DNA of 64,000 nucleotides, taken from NCBI GenBank assembly GCA_043823065.1, contig JBDRBB010000008.1, positions 192,001-256,000 on the forward strand, given 5' to 3'. Under the pieces are notes generated by a model. The model was not told the origin of the DNA. It ran no database searches and saw only the letters and a list, made by a program, of their open reading frames with translations. Source of the stretch: Pseudomonadota bacterium. Its GTDB lineage: Bacteria; UBA10199; 2-02-FULL-44-16; DYJF01. The position numbers and the translations under genes were made by a program. Shown here piece after piece: positions 9,276 to 19,749 of this stretch (the stretch's first letter is position 1; each line of letters begins with the position of its first letter).

Positions 9276-10592
9276 ATGTTTGAACTTGTCGAAAATAACT
9301 TAGCACCAAATGCAAAAATTAAAGTGGTTGGTGTAGGCGGTGGCGGTGGTAATGCTATTAATACCATGATGGATCTTTATATTGATGGTGTGGATTTTAT
9401 TGCAGCAAATACAGATATTCAGGCTTTAAGAGTAAATTCTGCTTCAACCAAAATTCAATTAGGCAGAGAATTGACCAAAGGATTGGGTGCAGGAGCAAAT
9501 CCAGATGTTGGTAAGAATGCAGCCTTAGAAGATCAGCGTTGTATTGTCGAGGCTCTGCAAGGAGCAGACATGGTATTTATTACTGCTGGTATGGGTGGCG
9601 GTACAGGTACTGGCGGGGCGCCAGTAATTGCCAAGTTAGCCAAAGAAATGGGCGCCTTAGTTGTGGGTGTGGTAACCAGACCCTTTGCTTTTGAAGGCAG
9701 GCATCGTTCTTTGCAAGCAGAAAGAGGGATTGCGGAGTTGCGCGATAATGTTGATACCTTAATTACCATTCCCAATGAAAAATTGCTAACATTGGTTGGT
9801 CATGATGTTACTGTGGTTAATGCTTTTCAACGCGCCGATGAGGTTTTGCATCAAGCAGTAAAAGGCATTTCAGATTTAATAACCGTGCATGGTTTGATTA
9901 ATTTAGATTTTGCTGATGTCAGAACAGTAATGAATGAAATGGGTATGGCTTTGATGGGAACTGGCGAATCTTCAGATGAAGATCGGGCTATTGATGCAGC
10001 TGCCAAAGCTACTTCTTCGCCACTTCTGGAAGATATGTCGATTAAGGGCGCTACGGGCATCTTAATCAATATCACAGGTGGACCAGATATGACCTTGCAT
10101 GAAATCAACGAAGCTTCCAAAATTATTCAGACCGAAGCCCATGATGACGCCAATATTTTGTTTGGCGCAGTGATAGATGAAAAAATGGAAGGTAGAGTAA
10201 GGGTAACCGTGATAGCCACTGGTTTTAACAAGCCTTTGCATAAGTCTGCTAAAAATCAGGTTACAGCAGCAAAAACAAATACTGTTTCCACTGTGGCTAA
10301 TGTGCCCCCACCAATGCAGCAAATAAAATCGCAAACCTGGTCTGCTCCGCAAGTTGCTCCAGCCAGTTCTGGCAGTCATTTCATGTCCAGCAGAATGCAT
10401 GGCAACTATCCAGTAGGAGCTATGCGCAATGCTCCAGGCGAAGGGCATTTTCAGGTCAGCACAGACTTGCCTTTAGCTAAAGCAGCTCTGATCAGTGAAA
10501 ACAAGGATTTGGGGTTGGAAACTGCAATTATGTCGGAATATAGCGAGGATGAATATGATATCCCAACTTTTTTGCGTAAACAGGCAGATTAA
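9276..10592 (+). CDS. ftsZ: Cell division GTPase FtsZ
   Basis: [18 protein letters not shown] tubulin signature, INLDFADV and C-terminal [11 protein letters not shown]. Confidence 0.98.
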   Translation: MFELVENNLAPNAKIKVVGVGGGGGNAINTMMDLYIDGVDFIAANTDIQALRVNSASTKIQLGRELTKGLGAGANPDVGKNAALEDQRCIVEALQGADMVFITAGMGGGTGTGGAPVIAKLAKEMGALVVGVVTRPFAFEGRHRSLQAERGIAELRDNVDTLITIPNEKLLTLVGHDVTVVNAFQRADEVLHQAVKGISDLITVHGLINLDFADVRTVMNEMGMALMGTGESSDEDRAIDAAAKATSSPLLEDMSIKGATGILINITGGPDMTLHEINEASKIIQTEAHDDANILFGAVIDEKMEGRVRVTVIATGFNKPLHKSAKNQVTAAKTNTVSTVANVPPPMQQIKSQTWSAPQVAPASSGSHFMSSRMHGNYPVGAMRNAPGEGHFQVSTDLPLAKAALISENKDLGLETAIMSEYSEDEYDIPTFLRKQAD

Positions 10593-10668
10593 TGATTTTT
10601 TGAGCAACATTTTGGCAGAAGGGGCGATAACATTTTATAGTAGGTAAACCAAAATAATAAGGGGTCAC

Positions 10669-12627
10669 ATGAGATTCAAACATATCTTTGCCTTAATAAT
10701 AATCATCGCTTTTCTTGGAGGCTGTGCCAAAGATCATTATAGTTCAAGATATAAGAGCGTTGATGAAAGAAAGCGTTATGCCAAAGAGCATAACCTGAAC
10801 CGTCTGCCCCCTTCAGACGTTCCTCTGGTGATGAATGAAAGAGTTATTGCCTGGCTGGAATATTTTCAGGGTCGTGGTCGCGATCATATGCAGCGTTATT
10901 TGGAGCGATCAGGGCGTTATATTGATTTAATGCAGGATATCTTGCGCCAGAATAATTTGCCCGAGGATTTGATTTACGTGGCCTTAATTGAAAGCGGTTT
11001 TAATGACAATGCTTATTCCAAAGCGCATGCTGTTGGCCCCTGGCAGTTTATCAGAGGTACTGGCAAACGTTATGGATTGGTAATCAATAATTGGCTGGAT
11101 GAAAGACGCGATCCAATCAAGGCTACCTGGGCTGCTGCCAAATATTTGCAAGATTTATATAATGAGTTCGGCGATTGGTATCTGGCCATGGCTGGCTATA
11201 ACGCTGGTGAAGGCAAGGTGAGAAAAGTAATCAAAAGTTCAGGCACCAAAGATTATTGGGAAATAGTGGAAGGGGGGCGGGAATATTTTAGGGCAGAAAC
11301 CAGGGATTATGTTCCTAAATTTATTGCAGCAGCGATTATTGCCAAAACCCCGGAAAACTTTGGATTTAAGAATTTGGAATATGAATCTCCCCTGGATTAT
11401 GAAGTGGCGCCAGTTGATACCCAAACAGATTTAAAAGTTATTGCTGAATGTGCAGGAATCTCTCATGAAGAGGTTGTTAGGTTAAATGCTCATTTGGTTG
11501 GTGGTACTACACCTCCTAATGTTAGTGATTATTTGGTCAAATTACCAGTTGGCACAACCGAAGTATTTAAGGAAAAATACGCGGCAGTGCCCCAAAGCGA
11601 GCGAATTCTCATTGTTTATCATAAAATCAGGCGTGGAGATACCATTGGTACTATTGCCAATCGCTATGGTGTTTCTGCCAACGCGCTTTTAAGCGCTAAC
11701 GATATTCCCTATAGCAAAAGAAATCGTATTAGTGTGGGGCGCACTTTGGTAATTCCCAAGAACGGCCAGGCTAGATCTGCCCAGCTATCTGAGGCTAGTG
11801 TCAAAACCCCAAGAAATTCTTCATCCGTACCAGCTTCAACTGGTGTGCCCAAAAAACATAAGATCAGGTCTGGTGAAACTTTATGGTCGATTTCTAAAAA
11901 ATATGGTGTTCCAGTAAGGGAATTGATGGCTTTGAATAATCTGGATTCATCATCCAGGATTCACGCTGGCAAGACCATTGTTATAAGTCGGCCGCCCAGA
12001 ACAGTGAAAACATCTGCGCCAATTGTGGCCAATGGCAGCACGCATACTTTGCGACGTGGCGAAACATTGGGCCAGGTGGCTGGAAAATACAGGGTAAAGC
12101 TTTCCCAATTGATGGCCTGGAACAATATTGAAAATCCTAGCAGGGTGAAAGCTGGTCTGGTTCTAACCATTAGTGATCCAGGAGAAACTGTGCCTAGGGC
12201 AACCAACGCGCCTGTGAGCTCGGCCCAAACCCACAAGGTTGCCAAAGGCGAAGCCTTGGTTTTAATTGCCCGCAAATATGGTGTGACCGTGCAAGAATTG
12301 ATGGCCTGGAATAATATTAAAGATCCTAGAAGCGTGCGAGCTGGCCAGATATTAAAAGTGCAAAAGGCAACTGCTGGCCAAACGCCAACATCAGATTCTC
12401 CCAATGTTGTGGCAGCTCCAGTTGTTGCGCCTATAACTGAAGATTATATCAATGCCAATAATGGTCATAGTCCATCATCGTTTAATTACCAGGTCAAACC
12501 TGGAGATACTTTGTGGGATATTGCCAGACGCCATAATGTTACTATTTCCGATATTCAAACCTGGAACAATCTAAGCGATCCGTCTCAAGTGCGGCCAGGG
12601 GATATGTTGGCGATTAAAAGGAAATAG
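10669..12627 (+). CDS. MltD-like lytic transglycosylase lipoprotein with five LysM domains
   Basis: Lipobox FLGGC; IESG, A.GPWQF, AGYNAG and ETRDYVP SLT motifs; five LysM starts (HKIRRGDT, HKIRSGET, HTLRRGET, HKVAKGEA, YQVKPGDT). Confidence 0.9.
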   Translation: MRFKHIFALIIIIAFLGGCAKDHYSSRYKSVDERKRYAKEHNLNRLPPSDVPLVMNERVIAWLEYFQGRGRDHMQRYLERSGRYIDLMQDILRQNNLPEDLIYVALIESGFNDNAYSKAHAVGPWQFIRGTGKRYGLVINNWLDERRDPIKATWAAAKYLQDLYNEFGDWYLAMAGYNAGEGKVRKVIKSSGTKDYWEIVEGGREYFRAETRDYVPKFIAAAIIAKTPENFGFKNLEYESPLDYEVAPVDTQTDLKVIAECAGISHEEVVRLNAHLVGGTTPPNVSDYLVKLPVGTTEVFKEKYAAVPQSERILIVYHKIRRGDTIGTIANRYGVSANALLSANDIPYSKRNRISVGRTLVIPKNGQARSAQLSEASVKTPRNSSSVPASTGVPKKHKIRSGETLWSISKKYGVPVRELMALNNLDSSSRIHAGKTIVISRPPRTVKTSAPIVANGSTHTLRRGETLGQVAGKYRVKLSQLMAWNNIENPSRVKAGLVLTISDPGETVPRATNAPVSSAQTHKVAKGEALVLIARKYGVTVQELMAWNNIKDPRSVRAGQILKVQKATAGQTPTSDSPNVVAAPVVAPITEDYINANNGHSPSSFNYQVKPGDTLWDIARRHNVTISDIQTWNNLSDPSQVRPGDMLAIKRK

Positions 12628-12636
12628 AATATTCTT

Positions 12637-14502
12637 ATGAATATATGGTTATCAAGGGCTAAGAGTTTTGTTCAGTTAGGTTCGGTTGCTTTAATCTTAG
12701 GTTTTATCCTGTCTATTATCTGTGCCACTATTGATATCCTGCTAAAGAGATATCTTCACTATAAGTTATATTATCTATTATTGCTTTCAGTTCAAAAGAA
12801 CCTCAATAATTGTATTATAAATGTCGTTTTATTTTTTATTATAACTTGGGTTTTATTTCTAATCAGCCAAAGGGTTTTTTTTATTTTAACTAAAAATGGA
12901 GAAAGGGCCAGATGCGGAGCTGTGTTTGCAGTTTGTTTTGTTTTGCTTGGTTTAACCTATGTTTTGATTCCAATGTATATGACCGGAGAGTTGCTTAGGT
13001 TTTATTTAGTAGCAGATTTAGTAATAGTTCTGCTTTTAATATGTTTAGGATATTTTATTATAAAAGAAAAATACAATAATATATTGAATAGTAATTTAAT
13101 GAATCATGCGCCTAGAACTGCACTGATAATAATGCTGTTTGTAGTTAGCTTTAATGTTGGAACTTTTGCTTATAACAAATTTAAGCAACCTCCATTAGGT
13201 CCTAATATTATTATTGTGGCAGTTGATGCTTTAAGACCAGATCATTTATCAGCATACGGTTACAGCAGGCCTACCTCTCCAACTGTTGCCAAATTAGCTA
13301 ATGAGGGCGCAATTTTTTATAATGCTTATGCTAATTCATCTTGGACCAAGCCTTCAGTAGCCACAATTTTTACTTCACTTTATCCTACTCAACATGGTTT
13401 AGAAACAGATGAGGCAATATTACCTTATTCAATGTTAACTGCAGCAGAAGTGTTTAAAAATAATGGTTATCGGACATATTATATTAATGCAGGCAATTTA
13501 TTTATTGATCAAATAGCTAATTTTGATCAAGGGTTTGAGGATTATGTTTTTCTGGATATCCCAGATGTTGGTGTTAGTGTGAGAGCAGATGAGGCCATGG
13601 AGAACTTATTGCAGGCAGTTTCCAAACATAAAGATGACAGATTTTTTGCCTATGTCCACCTTATGGATGCTCATGTCCAATATAATAGAAACAAGTTTAA
13701 CACCTTGTTCACAAAATATTTTGTAAAAGGGTTAGAACCTGGAAATATCAAATCGCAAGCCATAAGAGAACTTATTCTTAAAAATATGATAAATGAGGAG
13801 TTGGTAAATTATTTGGTTAATATCTATGATGGTCAAATTAGATTTGTGGATGAATCTATTAAAGAAATGCTTGAAGGTCTGAGGCGCTCTGGAGTGTTGG
13901 ATAACACTGTTATCATTTTCACTGCAGACCATGGTGAAGAGTTTTGGGATCATGACAATTTTGGACATGGCCATTCTATGTATGGAGAAGTAATTAAAGT
14001 GCCTTTTATAATCTGGGGGCCAGGTGTAAAGCCCTTGAAAATTCAAACGCCAGTTCGTTTGGTAGATGCCTTGCCCACTGCTTTGGGCTTGGCTAAAATA
14101 TCAACCCAGGTTGATGATTTTGAGGGGGTAGATATATTTAAATTTATTAAAGAAAAAGAAAAACCAGCTCAGCTTCCTGTGTTTGCTTATGGTACCCATT
14201 ATGGTGATGAAAAAAAGGCTTTAATTAAAGATAATCATAAGTTGATTGTGAATACCGTAATAACTGAAGGAAATGCTGCCTTGGAAGGGCCTCATAGCCA
14301 AGTTCTAGAAGAATTGTATGATCTAGAAAAAGATGAACGGGAAAGGAATAATTTGATAAATAAAAAACCAGATTTAGCTTCTTACCTGAATAGAGAGTTA
14401 AATGCTTATTTGAAACCAACCAAATCCTTTAATATACAAAAATTCAAGTCAGTAACTGATGAGAGAATAGAGAAACTCAAAGCTTTGGGTTATGTTCAAT
14501 AG
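12637..14502 (+). CDS. Membrane-anchored sulfatase-fold (alkaline phosphatase superfamily) enzyme
   Basis: About five N-terminal TM helices, then PNIIIVAVDALRPDHL, WTKPS, HLMDAH, YDGQIR, ADHGE and C-terminal LKALGY. Confidence 0.85.
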   Translation: MNIWLSRAKSFVQLGSVALILGFILSIICATIDILLKRYLHYKLYYLLLLSVQKNLNNCIINVVLFFIITWVLFLISQRVFFILTKNGERARCGAVFAVCFVLLGLTYVLIPMYMTGELLRFYLVADLVIVLLLICLGYFIIKEKYNNILNSNLMNHAPRTALIIMLFVVSFNVGTFAYNKFKQPPLGPNIIIVAVDALRPDHLSAYGYSRPTSPTVAKLANEGAIFYNAYANSSWTKPSVATIFTSLYPTQHGLETDEAILPYSMLTAAEVFKNNGYRTYYINAGNLFIDQIANFDQGFEDYVFLDIPDVGVSVRADEAMENLLQAVSKHKDDRFFAYVHLMDAHVQYNRNKFNTLFTKYFVKGLEPGNIKSQAIRELILKNMINEELVNYLVNIYDGQIRFVDESIKEMLEGLRRSGVLDNTVIIFTADHGEEFWDHDNFGHGHSMYGEVIKVPFIIWGPGVKPLKIQTPVRLVDALPTALGLAKISTQVDDFEGVDIFKFIKEKEKPAQLPVFAYGTHYGDEKKALIKDNHKLIVNTVITEGNAALEGPHSQVLEELYDLEKDERERNNLINKKPDLASYLNRELNAYLKPTKSFNIQKFKSVTDERIEKLKALGYVQ

Positions 14503-14504
14503 TG

Positions 14505-15152
14505 CTAGGATATGGTGAATCTGAATTTAATAGCTGAAATTAAATAAAGAAAAATACGTTTTAGGTCTGTGTTTTTGGATGTACCTGTCTTTCGAGTAGC
14601 GTAAAAATAAGGTATTTCAGCAATACGCTTAAAGCGATTATGCCGCATATATTCCAAACTCCATTCAGTATTGCCTTGTTTTTGGTAATTAAAACATTCT
14701 TTTTTAGAAATAATAAAGCCACCTGTAATTTCTTTTGATCTAACTCCCAGAATACAAGACATAATCAGATTATAAATACGGAATAAATAGTAACGGAACT
14801 TATCTTCCATGCCTCCGCCGGCAGCAAATCTGGAGAATTTAATTATATCAACTAAATCTTGTTCTACTAAACTGCGGCAACGCAGCATTTTAAGTGGGTG
14901 AGAAAAATCAGCATCCATAATTGCCACAACTTCGTGGGAAGCAGCTTTAACTCCATCATACACCGCAGTGCCACAACCAAGTAACCCTGGTCTCTGAATA
15001 ACTTTGCATTCAAATGAGTTAGCTACTTGAACGGTCTCATCAGTGCTGGCATCATCAACCACGACAATTTCATCACATTCATTTTTGAGTTGTGGTAAAA
15101 GAATTTTTAAGTTCGTGGCTTCATTAACTGTGGGTACAATTACGCTTAGCAT
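14505..15152 (-). CDS. GT2 glycosyltransferase, polyprenol-phosphate sugar synthase (DPM1-like)
   Basis: SVIVPTVNE, VVDDASTD.T and MDADFSH motifs; short soluble GT2. Confidence 0.8.
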   Translation of the reverse strand: MLSVIVPTVNEATNLKILLPQLKNECDEIVVVDDASTDETVQVANSFECKVIQRPGLLGCGTAVYDGVKAASHEVVAIMDADFSHPLKMLRCRSLVEQDLVDIIKFSRFAAGGGMEDKFRYYLFRIYNLIMSCILGVRSKEITGGFIISKKECFNYQKQGNTEWSLEYMRHNRFKRIAEIPYFYATRKTGTSKNTDLKRIFLYLISAIKFRFTIS

Positions 15153-15163
15153 AGTTCCCTTTT

Positions 15164-15237
15164 AAAAATTTAGCTTTCGAGTTTATCGAGAAACTAAATT
15201 TTTGCTTCTCGACTCGCTTGCGCTTGCTCGAAGGATA
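15164..15237. repeat. REP-like inverted doublet (TCGAG family), degenerate
   Basis: AAAAATTTAG-CTTTCGAGTTTATCGAGAAA-CTAAATTTTT then CTTCTCGACTCGCTTGCGCTTGCTCGAAGGATA. Confidence 0.75.
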
Positions 15238-15247
15238 TATGTAACCA

Positions 15248-15943
15248 CTATTCATACTTCTTAATAACTTTTGCTGGGTTGCCGTAAACTAAAACATTAT
15301 TCGGTATATCTTCTACAACCACTGAACCTGCTCCAATGTAGGAGTTGTTCCCAATGATTGTGCGATCTATAATACTAGAACCAATTCCAATAAAAGTATG
15401 ATCATTCACTGTAACCTTGCCTCCTAAAGAAACACCAGGTGAAATAAATACATTTTTACCTAAATTGCAGTCATGGTCTATGTTACAATTAGTGTTCAAG
15501 ACACATAGATCTTTAATATTACAATTTGGGTTAGCAACTGCCCCTGCCATGGCAACAATGCCTTGTCCTAATTTGACAGAATTTGAAATTATGGCTTGAG
15601 GATGAATAAAATTAGGAAAGCTTAGTCCTAAATTGGTGAGATCTTCAAATATTTTTAAACGAGCCTTGCTATATTCAAAACCCATACCCAACACAGCAGC
15701 TTCAATGCCAAGATCCTTAAGTTTGGGAAATAAGCTGTCATCTCCTAACACTGGTAAGTCACGACACTTTTGGTTTTGAAGCTGTGGTGACTTGTCAATA
15801 TAACCAATAATATCATACTCATTGGTTAGTTGCACCAGTTCCAATACCGGACCAGCATGTAATCCAGCGCCTACAATTACAATTTTTTTCTTATTAGATT
15901 TAATAATGCACCCTATAGCTTTAATAATATTCCACATTGGCAA
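15248..15943 (-). CDS. NeuD/PglD-family sugar acetyltransferase (start uncertain)
   Basis: IVGAG.HA, IHP.A.I, IDHDC, hexapeptide repeats and GAGSVV..DIP...VYGNPAK. Confidence 0.88.
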   Translation of the reverse strand: MPMWNIIKAIGCIIKSNKKKIVIVGAGLHAGPVLELVQLTNEYDIIGYIDKSPQLQNQKCRDLPVLGDDSLFPKLKDLGIEAAVLGMGFEYSKARLKIFEDLTNLGLSFPNFIHPQAIISNSVKLGQGIVAMAGAVANPNCNIKDLCVLNTNCNIDHDCNLGKNVFISPGVSLGGKVTVNDHTFIGIGSSIIDRTIIGNNSYIGAGSVVVEDIPNNVLVYGNPAKVIKKYE

Positions 15944-16862
15944 AGTCAGAATTAATTTTTAAACAGGAAAAAGCTTTTATCAGTTCTGATATTCCATTAT
16001 CTATATCAATGCTCAAATTAAAACCAGCCTGTTTAATCTTGGCAAAACTAATTTGGTAATTCCTCTTGTCTGGATCAAAATCTTTATCTGAAAAAAACAA
16101 GACATAATCTACTTGTTTTTGAATGCGCAGGCACAGTTCCTCTTTGGTGAAATTAGCTTCTTCAGAACCGCAATTATAGGCATTGTTTTTTATTTTATCA
16201 AAATTTTCAATGGCAAATATAATACTTTTGGCCATATCTTGTACATGAATAAAGGCGCGCTTGAAATGTCTTTCAAATACAACCAGTGTTTTATTTTTTA
16301 CTGCCTTAAAAACAAAATCATTAGGCATTAGATCTAAACGCAGTCTAGGAGATATGCCATAGCCAGTGGCAAAACGGTAGGTTACACAATTACCTTGGTC
16401 TAAAATGGCTTTTTCCGCTTCTGCTTTAGATTTGCCGTAAAGAGAAATTGGTTCTTGCGGGGTTTCTTCAGTACAAAGACCAGAAATGGCTTGGCGTGTG
16501 CCATAGCCGCTGGTTGAGCTAGGGAAAAATAGGGGAATTTGGCCCCTTAATTTGTTGATTAAACAGGCAGCCTCATAATTGATTTCCCAGCTTGATCTTT
16601 CATCTTTTTTGCAGGCTGGCGCTCCGACAATAGCTGCCAAATGAACTACAAATTCGATCTCTTTAAGGGCTGTTTTTACAGTGTTTTCTTGTCGAATGTC
16701 GCCTTCAATAAACTCAAAATTGGGATTTAAAAAATGCGGAAATAAAGTTGTTTGATTATAAATAAGTTTATCCAATACGCGTACCTGATGATTTTTTGCC
16801 AATAGCTGCGGTACAAGCGTTGAACCTATAAAACCAGCTCCACCTGTTACTAATATCTTCAT
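15921..16862 (-). CDS. NAD-dependent epimerase/dehydratase
   Basis: TGGAGFIGS, HLAAIVG.PAC, YGKSK and R.RLDL motifs. Confidence 0.9.
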   Translation of the reverse strand: MKILVTGGAGFIGSTLVPQLLAKNHQVRVLDKLIYNQTTLFPHFLNPNFEFIEGDIRQENTVKTALKEIEFVVHLAAIVGAPACKKDERSSWEINYEAACLINKLRGQIPLFFPSSTSGYGTRQAISGLCTEETPQEPISLYGKSKAEAEKAILDQGNCVTYRFATGYGISPRLRLDLMPNDFVFKAVKNKTLVVFERHFKRAFIHVQDMAKSIIFAIENFDKIKNNAYNCGSEEANFTKEELCLRIQKQVDYVLFFSDKDFDPDKRNYQISFAKIKQAGFNLSIDIDNGISELIKAFSCLKINSDFANVEYY

Positions 16863-16876
16863 TGTATTCTCCTGAT

Positions 16877-17974
16877 TTAATCTTCGAGCTTCTTCATACC
16901 TTTTTGAATATGTTCTATGATATACTCCATTTCTTTGTTAGTCATTATGTAATACATGGGCAAACATAGCACGTGTTTGGCAACTCTTTCAGCAACTAGG
17001 CATCTTTGTTTTTTAAATTGCTGATAGGGTTTTTGATCATAAATTGGCAAAGGCCAGGAAACATTAGTGCTAATGCCTTGTTTGGCTAAATAAGCGCGCA
17101 GCTTGTCTCTTTTTTCAACTAAGATTGGATATAAGAACCAAGCATGTTTGTTTCCTTTAGCAACTTGAGGCAGGATTAATCCAGAAAGTTTCTTAAGCTG
17201 TTTTGTATAAAAACTGGCAATATTTGCTCGCTTAGCCAAAAGTTTATTTAAGCGCTTGGCTTGAGCCAAGCCAAATGCTGCTCCTAATTCAGTCATTCTA
17301 TAGTTATGGCCCAATAAAGGATGATGATATTTATGTGATAAATCTTCACCTTGAGAGCGAATAATGTGCATCTGATCTCGCCAACTTGCTTTGTTTGTAA
17401 ATATCATGCCGCCCTCAATAGTGGACATAATCTTGGCTGCATGAAAGCTGGTAATGCTAATATCACCCAGCGAACAAAGCTTTTTTCCGTCTTGCGCGCC
17501 GCCTAAGCCTGGTGCGGCATCTTCAACAATAGGGATATTATAAGCTCTGGCAATCTTTCTCAATTTTTTATAATCAGGTCCTTGGCCAGCATAATCAACA
17601 GCTATGATGCACTTAGTCTTCTTGGTGATTTTTTGGGCTACATCTTCAGGATCAATGGTGTAAGTAATAGGATCTATATCACAAAAAACCGGGGTTGCTC
17701 CCTGATATAGAATGCAACTAGCGCTGGCAATATAGGTAAAGGCAGGTACAATTACTTCATCTTGGGGCTGAATTTTAAGAATCTTAAGCGCAACATCTAG
17801 TGCTGCAGTGCCAGAATTTACAGCAACTGCGTATTTTGTTTGCACAAATTGCCGCATTTTTTCTTCAAACTGAGCAACACGAACACCTTGGCTGAGCTGA
17901 CCTGATTTTACAGCTTTAATGACTTCATTTAATTCAGTTTTATCTAGATATAAATTGGCCCAAGGTATTTTCAT
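16877..17974 (-). CDS. DegT/DnrJ/EryC1/StrS PLP-dependent sugar aminotransferase
   Basis: NSGTAAL, EDAA, SFH..K.MSTIEGGM and G.NYRM motifs. Confidence 0.92.
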   Translation of the reverse strand: MKIPWANLYLDKTELNEVIKAVKSGQLSQGVRVAQFEEKMRQFVQTKYAVAVNSGTAALDVALKILKIQPQDEVIVPAFTYIASASCILYQGATPVFCDIDPITYTIDPEDVAQKITKKTKCIIAVDYAGQGPDYKKLRKIARAYNIPIVEDAAPGLGGAQDGKKLCSLGDISITSFHAAKIMSTIEGGMIFTNKASWRDQMHIIRSQGEDLSHKYHHPLLGHNYRMTELGAAFGLAQAKRLNKLLAKRANIASFYTKQLKKLSGLILPQVAKGNKHAWFLYPILVEKRDKLRAYLAKQGISTNVSWPLPIYDQKPYQQFKKQRCLVAERVAKHVLCLPMYYIMTNKEMEYIIEHIQKGMKKLED

Positions 17975-17976
17975 AA

Positions 17977-19179
17977 TTAATTCTCTCTAATATTTTCTAA
18001 AACAAATGGCCCAATGGTTTGGGCAAATTTCAAATGACCCTTTGGATTAAAATGTTGGTCATAATAAAAATAAAGATCTTCATTTGAAGCTCTAAAAACT
18101 TCAGTTGGTGAATAAAATGGTATATTAAGTTTAGCGCATACTGAGGCAATAGTGGAATCTAAGATATCAGAATCTAAAATATTATCATCTAAAATAAAGC
18201 CCAGACCTTGGATAAATTTAAGCTGTTTAAGAGAGATATAATAAGAAGGTGGGATGCCTACAACCACTAACTGTATGTTGTTGGCAGCGCAATCTTGTTT
18301 CATTTCTTGTAGAGATGCTTCCATAGCTTTTTTGCCATCTTGATACATTTGATTATTAGGATCAAATGCTTTTTGTAACTCATCAGGTCTTTTTAATGCT
18401 GTCGAAATTGTGGCACTATCAATATTGCCGCTAAGATAGAGTTCTTTTATTTCCGAATTGAGTTGCTCCCAGCGTTCTTTAGATTGCGCGGAAAGGCGTT
18501 GGATTGCTAACTGTCTGCCCCCAGATTTGGCTTGTCTTTTAAAAACATCTTGAGTGAATAAAAATTTTAAATTTGGAAATAACCAGTGGTTTACTACATA
18601 TTCAACTTTAGCAATAAAACTGGATTCAGTGGGCCAGGGTGGCCTAAAATCACCAATGATAAGTGGCAAAAACTCGTGAACAGGCATGGCTGAATGAAGC
18701 AGATCATCTCCAGCAAGAGTGCCAATTATAATCAGGTTTGGATGAAGATATTTGACAGCCCTTTTTACCAGAGGCACATATTCTCTATACGATAATCCAA
18801 CTTTGGCTAAACCAATTGCTTCGATTTTTTTTGAGGTTTTAGTTTGTAATTCTTTTTCTAGTTTTTGAAACCAGATCTCTTCATAATTAACACCCCAACC
18901 TAAAGTAAAAGAATCACCAATGGCAATAATGCGATAAGTATCTGATTGGGGATATGCACTAATCTCTGGCCCTCTGAATCCCAGAGAATTAATATGCATT
19001 TTAATATTAAATTCATTGGTTTTATATTTTACTTCTTTATTAGCTGGTAGAGCGAGATTAAGTTGGGGTTTGTTAGGGAAAATAATCTTGCCATAAATAC
19101 GATCAACACCAATTAACAATACAATAACAAATATGACAGATAATAAGGTGATAGCTATGTTAGAAAAAAAAGAACGCAT
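17977..19179 (-). CDS. Membrane-anchored SGNH/GDSL hydrolase-fold protein (start revised to 19179)
   Basis: INSLGFRG, IGDSFTLG and D.HFN..GH motifs; AGGGGA RBS before MRSFF; the longer ORF-track start overlaps the DUF5989 gene. Confidence 0.82.
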   Translation of the reverse strand: MRSFFSNIAITLLSVIFVIVLLIGVDRIYGKIIFPNKPQLNLALPANKEVKYKTNEFNIKMHINSLGFRGPEISAYPQSDTYRIIAIGDSFTLGWGVNYEEIWFQKLEKELQTKTSKKIEAIGLAKVGLSYREYVPLVKRAVKYLHPNLIIIGTLAGDDLLHSAMPVHEFLPLIIGDFRPPWPTESSFIAKVEYVVNHWLFPNLKFLFTQDVFKRQAKSGGRQLAIQRLSAQSKERWEQLNSEIKELYLSGNIDSATISTALKRPDELQKAFDPNNQMYQDGKKAMEASLQEMKQDCAANNIQLVVVGIPPSYYISLKQLKFIQGLGFILDDNILDSDILDSTIASVCAKLNIPFYSPTEVFRASNEDLYFYYDQHFNPKGHLKFAQTIGPFVLENIREN

Positions 19180-19190
19180 ACTTCCCCTAG

Positions 19191-19343
19191 TTAAAAGAGT
19201 GTATATACAAAAGGAGCAATGGAAGAACTTTCTGCAAACACTAGCAATAAACCAAATAAAAACAAGACAATGATTATTGGCATCAGCCAAAATTTCTTGC
19301 GAATTTTTAAGAATTCCCAAAGATTAATAAATAACTGTTTCAT
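19191..19343 (-). CDS. DUF5989/SxtK-like 50-aa membrane protein (missing from the ORF track)
   Basis: MKQLFINLWEFLKIRKKFWLMPIIIVLFLFGLLLVFAESSSIAPFVYTLF*; AGGAG RBS; RKK.WL.P and APF.YTLF signature. Confidence 0.9.
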   Translation of the reverse strand: MKQLFINLWEFLKIRKKFWLMPIIIVLFLFGLLLVFAESSSIAPFVYTLF

Positions 19344-19352
19344 ATTTATCTC

Positions 19353-19745
19353 CTAAAATAATTTTTCCACATTTCCGGAGCCCATTGTTAAACCCTTTTC
19401 TTGCCAGGATGATGATTGTTTTCCGCGCGCAAAAACATCCAGGCCATTGCGGCCAATCAATTTAAGAATGAGACCTACAGGCATAAAAATAATTATATAA
19501 GCCAAGCCCATAAATACATATTTATTAATCCAGATGACAACCTTGCTGACTTTTTGGCTAAACCAGAACAAGGGTGACAATATTTGAGGACGAATAAGCG
19601 TAAGAAGTAAAACTAATAGACAAATAAGTAAGATGATAAAGACAGCTTGAAAAAGACCAAGTTTAAATAAGATTAAGCTGGCAATTACTAAAACTAGGCT
19701 CAAACTTAAGCCATAGTTAATCAAATCTTGTTGTTTATCATTCAT
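19353..19745 (-). CDS. SxtJ-family membrane protein
   Basis: Hydrophobic; P..L.P, Y..IF.PVGLI.KL.GR..L and SSW motifs; lies between the carbamoyltransferase and DUF5989 genes. Confidence 0.75.
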   Translation of the reverse strand: MNDKQQDLINYGLSLSLVLVIASLILFKLGLFQAVFIILLICLLVLLLTLIRPQILSPLFWFSQKVSKVVIWINKYVFMGLAYIIIFMPVGLILKLIGRNGLDVFARGKQSSSWQEKGLTMGSGNVEKLF

Positions 19746-19749
19746 ATTT

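Noticed and set aside
7863..12404. Antisense ORFs over ftsA, ftsZ and the LysM gene, and similar short ORFs elsewhere
   Set aside because: Shadow frames of conserved genes with no motifs or RBS
16878..16895. TCTTCGAGC at the aminotransferase 3' end as another repeat unit
   Set aside because: Only the half-site matches and it is explained by the codons for KLED*
19180..19320. ORF-track N-terminal extension of the SGNH gene
   Set aside because: It overlaps the well-supported DUF5989 gene in another frame; a good RBS precedes ATG 19179
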